Positions 60,946 to 64,000 of a DNA stretch of 64,000 bases are shown here, piece by piece. The notes beneath the pieces were generated by a model. It did no database searches. It worked only from the letters and a program-made list of their open reading frames with translations, and was not told the origin of the DNA. Source of the DNA: Opitutales bacterium (GTDB lineage: Bacteria > Verrucomicrobiota > Verrucomicrobiia > Opitutales > Seribacteraceae); assembly GCA_045567635.1 (NCBI GenBank), contig JBJLCO010000032.1, forward strand, positions 9,222-73,221, read 5' to 3'. A program made the position numbers and the translations under genes. How positions within the stretch are numbered: position 1 is the stretch's first letter; every line of letters begins with the position of its first letter.

Positions 60946-61614
60946 ATGAAAGCCATGATTTTAGCCGCCGGTTACGGGAAAAGATTACGCCCGTTGACCG
61001 ATCATACACCCAAACCCCTGGTCCCTGTGGGCGGGAAACCGCTGATCGTTCATCATCTGGAAAAGATTGCCCAAGCCGGAATCCGTGAGGTGGTGATCAA
61101 TCTGGGTCACCTTGGTTCCAAAATCCCGGAAGCTTTAGGGAACGGGAACACATGGGGACTGTCGATTGAATATTCGGACGAAGGTCCGGACCCACTCGAA
61201 ACCGGTGGGGGGTTAACCAAAGCCCTCCCCTTGCTCGGTTCGGAAACTTTTCTTCTCGTCAATGGAGATGTGTGGTGCGATTTGGATTTCAGGACAGTTC
61301 CATCCACACTCGAATCCGATGACCAGGCCCTTCTTTATCTTGTCCCCCGCCCCGCGTGGAGAGACCGCGGCGATTTCTCACTCGAAAGTGGGCGGGTCAC
61401 CGAATCCCCAAACCCCGCGTTTTTGTATGCCGGCATCGCGCTCTACCACCCCTCCATTTTGAACGGTGCAAAAGTGGAGAAGTTTTCCATTGTTCCCCGA
61501 TTAAAAAAGGGAATTGCAGCCAATCAGGTCGCCGGAATGTTATATTCTGGGGAATGGGATGATGTCGGCACTCCTGAAAGACTGGAGGCTATTCAGAAAC
61601 AGCACGGTGCGTAA
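60946..61614 (+). CDS. murU: sugar-1-phosphate nucleotidyltransferase, MurU-like
   Basis: MKAMILAAGYGKRLRPLTDHTPKPLVPVGGKPLI. About 222 aa. Paired with the amgK-like gene. Confidence 0.7.
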   Translation: MKAMILAAGYGKRLRPLTDHTPKPLVPVGGKPLIVHHLEKIAQAGIREVVINLGHLGSKIPEALGNGNTWGLSIEYSDEGPDPLETGGGLTKALPLLGSETFLLVNGDVWCDLDFRTVPSTLESDDQALLYLVPRPAWRDRGDFSLESGRVTESPNPAFLYAGIALYHPSILNGAKVEKFSIVPRLKKGIAANQVAGMLYSGEWDDVGTPERLEAIQKQHGA

Positions 61615-61617
61615 CAT

Positions 61618-62334
61618 TTAAAAAGGTTTCTCCGATCCTTTCGGTGCGTACCGGTCCCGGTTGGAGAGTTCCTCTTCCGGTCCAAATGCATCCACACAGT
61701 AAGCCACCACATTGCGCAGGTTTCGGTCAGAAATTTCCTTGGAAGCAGCTGCCATTGCCTGCCCTCCCAGATCCTGGGGATGATACCCACGTTCTCCCGA
61801 ACGGAATTTTTTCATTTGCTCAATAAAATACCACCCCTCCAACCGGGTCAGGGACGGTGCATTCACCAACCGGTTACCCCCGCCTTTTTCGCCATGACAT
61901 GAAAGGCATCTCTGTTCGTAAAACTTTTTTCCATCCTCCAGGTTTCCACGCACGGTGCGAATGGCCGGTACCGGATCCTGTTCCGCAAACCAGTTCGCCA
62001 CATAAGCGAGTTCGTAATCGTCCCTAATTTTTCTCGCCCCCACTCCCATCAGATATTCCGAGCGGTTCGAAACCACTTGCCCGCGAACCCCGGAGCGAAA
62101 CTTCTCCAGCTGATCCAATAAATACCAGGTTTCCATTCCATTGAGCACCGGGCCACGCTGAGCCTCCCGGTTACTGTGGCAAAGCATGCATTCCGCCACC
62201 AATGCCTGCCCTCTTTCACTGTCAGTCATCAACGGGGTGACCTCCTTTTGTGAAGTTTCGGGCACACATGAAATCCACAGCATGGTGGTTCCGAAAAACA
62301 GGACAGTTTGAATGAAGATTTTCTTCATATTCAA
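61618..62334 (-). CDS. diheme c-type cytochrome (c4-like), probably membrane-anchored or lipoprotein
   Basis: Two CxxCH motifs (CMLCHSN, CLSCHGE), each followed by a (L/M)xKFRSGxRG repeat. N-terminal signal ending ..LWISC. Confidence 0.75.
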   Translation of the reverse strand: MNMKKIFIQTVLFFGTTMLWISCVPETSQKEVTPLMTDSERGQALVAECMLCHSNREAQRGPVLNGMETWYLLDQLEKFRSGVRGQVVSNRSEYLMGVGARKIRDDYELAYVANWFAEQDPVPAIRTVRGNLEDGKKFYEQRCLSCHGEKGGGNRLVNAPSLTRLEGWYFIEQMKKFRSGERGYHPQDLGGQAMAAASKEISDRNLRNVVAYCVDAFGPEEELSNRDRYAPKGSEKPF

Positions 62335-62426
62335 TACAATCTACAAATTCCACCGAACTCCTCAAGCGACAAAGTATTAACCTCTGTGCTTTACCCTTTG
62401 GACCGGATCGATCAAGATACGGGGAA

Positions 62427-63503
62427 ATGTCCAGCATTTCCCTCAAAAACCTAAGCAAAACTTTCCCGGATGGCACCGAAGCGCTCCGGAATGTAAACCT
62501 CCAGATTGAACCGGGTGAATTCATTGTGCTTGTCGGACCATCAGGATGCGGAAAAACCACTCTGCTCCGAATTGTCGCAGGCCTTGAAGTTCCTAGTGAA
62601 GGATCGGTTTATATCGGAGAAAAAGACGCCACCGCCCTGCATCCCAAAGACCGCGACCTTGCTCTGGTTTTTCAAAACTACGCCCTGTTCCCCAATCTCT
62701 CAGTTCTGGATAATCTCGCTTTTGGACTCCGGGCCCGGAAACTGGCCAAGGTAATCATCCGAGAAAAAGTGCTTCCCGTCGCCCAAAGGCTTGGCTTGGA
62801 GGATCTGCTTCAACGAAAACCCAGCGAACTTTCTGGCGGACAGCGACAGCGCGTGGCACTCGGACGCCTGCTTGCCCGTAACCCATCCATCCATCTGCTT
62901 GATGAACCACTCAGTAATTTGGATGCCAACTTACGAACCTCCATGCGTCAGGAACTTGCCCAAATCCATGCCGAGCACCAGAAAACAACCCTTTTTGTCA
63001 CCCACGATCAGGTGGAGGCAATGACGCTTGGTCAACGGCTCTGCGTGATGAACCGGGGTAGAGTGATTCAGATTGGGAACCCCTCGGAAATTTACGACTT
63101 TCCCAATAACCGGTTCGTGGCGGAATTTTTTGGATCCCCCTCAATCAATCTGATCCGCGGTGAAATTGAAAGGGATAATAAATTCTCATTCTTCCGTTCA
63201 GGTCAAGTTCGTTTGGCCCTGCCTGATAATATTGAACTCCCGGAAGGGTCCGTTGAGCTAGGATTACGCCCCGAGGACTGGAGGATCATAAACGAGCGCA
63301 ATGCCCTATCCCTCGAGGGAGTGCTGGAAAGAACCGAGAATCTGGGCGATTCCCGAATTCTGCACTTTTCAACGGAGTATGGGAGATTGACCGCAAAATC
63401 CGACCGGCGTGACTTTCAGTCCGCTCAGACTTACTTTTTAATTCCTGAATGGAATCGGGCACATTGGTTTGATATCTCCTCCGGAAAACGAATTTCAGGA
63501 TAA
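62427..63503 (+). CDS. ABC transporter ATP-binding protein (MalK/UgpC-type sugar importer ATPase)
   Basis: GPSGCGKTT (Walker A), LSGGQRQRVALGRLL (signature), IHLLDEPLSNLD (Walker B), and a regulatory C-domain. Confidence 0.85.
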   Translation: MSSISLKNLSKTFPDGTEALRNVNLQIEPGEFIVLVGPSGCGKTTLLRIVAGLEVPSEGSVYIGEKDATALHPKDRDLALVFQNYALFPNLSVLDNLAFGLRARKLAKVIIREKVLPVAQRLGLEDLLQRKPSELSGGQRQRVALGRLLARNPSIHLLDEPLSNLDANLRTSMRQELAQIHAEHQKTTLFVTHDQVEAMTLGQRLCVMNRGRVIQIGNPSEIYDFPNNRFVAEFFGSPSINLIRGEIERDNKFSFFRSGQVRLALPDNIELPEGSVELGLRPEDWRIINERNALSLEGVLERTENLGDSRILHFSTEYGRLTAKSDRRDFQSAQTYFLIPEWNRAHWFDISSGKRISG

Positions 63504-64000
63504 AGAAAGACTGGCAAGGGCGGTCTTCATTTTTCGGAAACAGACTGCGAAAAGAACCAAGACCGGAACAAGCGATAAAGTGGCCGCTGCCATGCCCACC
63601 GACTCGGGAATCCGGTGACTTGAATCCCTCAGCTTGGCCAGGGCAATCGGCAGTGTAATATTCTCATCATCAAGTAATAACAAAGGAAGCAGATGTTCCT
63701 GCCAACTGAGAATAAAGTGAAGTAATCCATAGGTCACCAGAGCTGGAAAAACCAGGGGAATAATCAGTGTGAAGATCCGGGCAACGGAATAACCCTCCAC
63801 TCGTGCAAGTTCAAGCAACTCATTGGGAATCTTGCTGAACACTTGGGTAAAAAAAACAATCCCCAACCCACTGGCAATCCCGGGGAGAAGAAGGGCCCAG
63901 CTGCTCCCCTGCAGTCCAAGCAGCAACATCCAGTCAAACAAAGGAACCGCCATCGTCTGCTTGGGGATCAGAATGACTAAAATGGCCACTCCGAAAAGGA
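63495..64000 (-). CDS. carbohydrate ABC transporter permease, C-terminal part (gene start lies beyond the right window edge)
   Basis: EAA-loop-like ELARVEGYSVARIFTLIIPLVFPAL. The frame stays open upstream of the track's GTG at 63989 through position 63996, so the gene is edge-truncated. Confidence 0.7.
   Translation of the reverse strand, partial: LFGVAILVILIPKQTMAVPLFDWMLLLGLQGSSWALLLPGIASGLGIVFFTQVFSKIPNELLELARVEGYSVARIFTLIIPLVFPALVTYGLLHFILSWQEHLLPLLLLDDENITLPIALAKLRDSSHRIPESVGMAAATLSLVPVLVLFAVCFRKMKTALASLSLS

Noticed and set aside
1-64000. Search for CRISPR arrays, tRNA/rRNA genes, transposases, integrases and prophage blocks
   Set aside because: No spaced direct repeats were seen. No T-arm/acceptor geometry was found: the GGTTCAAATC at about 25937 lacks complementary stems. 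No recombinase-like ORF was seen, and all intergenic gaps but one are under 270 bp. This was done by eye only, so a tRNAscan/Infernal run would be the decisive check.
1-64000. Sigma-54 promoters (TGGCAC-N5-TTGC), given that rpoN is present
   Set aside because: Every TGGCAC/GTGCCA I noticed lies inside coding sequence (for example about 6398, 34005, 37047, 37801 and 62470). None is in an intergenic region with correct spacing to TTGC.

Overview
This is a 64-kb chromosomal segment, roughly half G+C by eye. It looks like a PVC-superphylum genome, most likely Verrucomicrobiota-like. The lineage markers are a PSCyt1/PSCyt2(DUF1549)/PSD1(DUF1553) giant gene paired with a DUF1501 gene, a ThuA + PVC-type heme-binding dehydrogenase-like + cytochrome c + NPCBM multidomain protein, an SHD1-like secreted protein, a sulfatase and a run of prepilin-type pseudopilins. 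I call about 58 protein genes. Most are housekeeping: parA, rnc, mfd, radC, glgB, an lptD-like gene, trxA, menA, murJ, a dinG-like helicase, monomeric icd, ribD, xth, rdgB, efp, argS, rpoN, tsaB, alr and amgK-murU. There are also two convincing intrinsic terminators. I saw no rRNA, tRNA, CRISPR array, transposase, integrase or recognisable defence island, so I cannot honestly point to one clear-cut new system. The best second-look candidates are these. (1) The heme-motif/LamG x2/PSD1 giant protein plus its Tat-signal DUF1501 partner, behind a 406-bp AT-rich leader that carries a perfect 10-bp inverted repeat. (2) A sensor-less Hanks-type kinase 16 nt upstream of rpoN. (3) A four-gene pseudopilin operon with no secretion core, in which one pseudopilin carries an EF-hand-like loop. 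(4) A G+C-rich Pro/Ala-rich tail-anchored protein gene that is open on both strands. (5) An EF-P with Arg32 at the hairpin tip. (6) A thymidine-phosphorylase-family protein that has lost the family's Gly-rich signature loop. Ten genes or gene parts are broken by single-base frame errors, almost all +1 in mononucleotide runs. I read these as probable base-calling artefacts rather than true pseudogenes.
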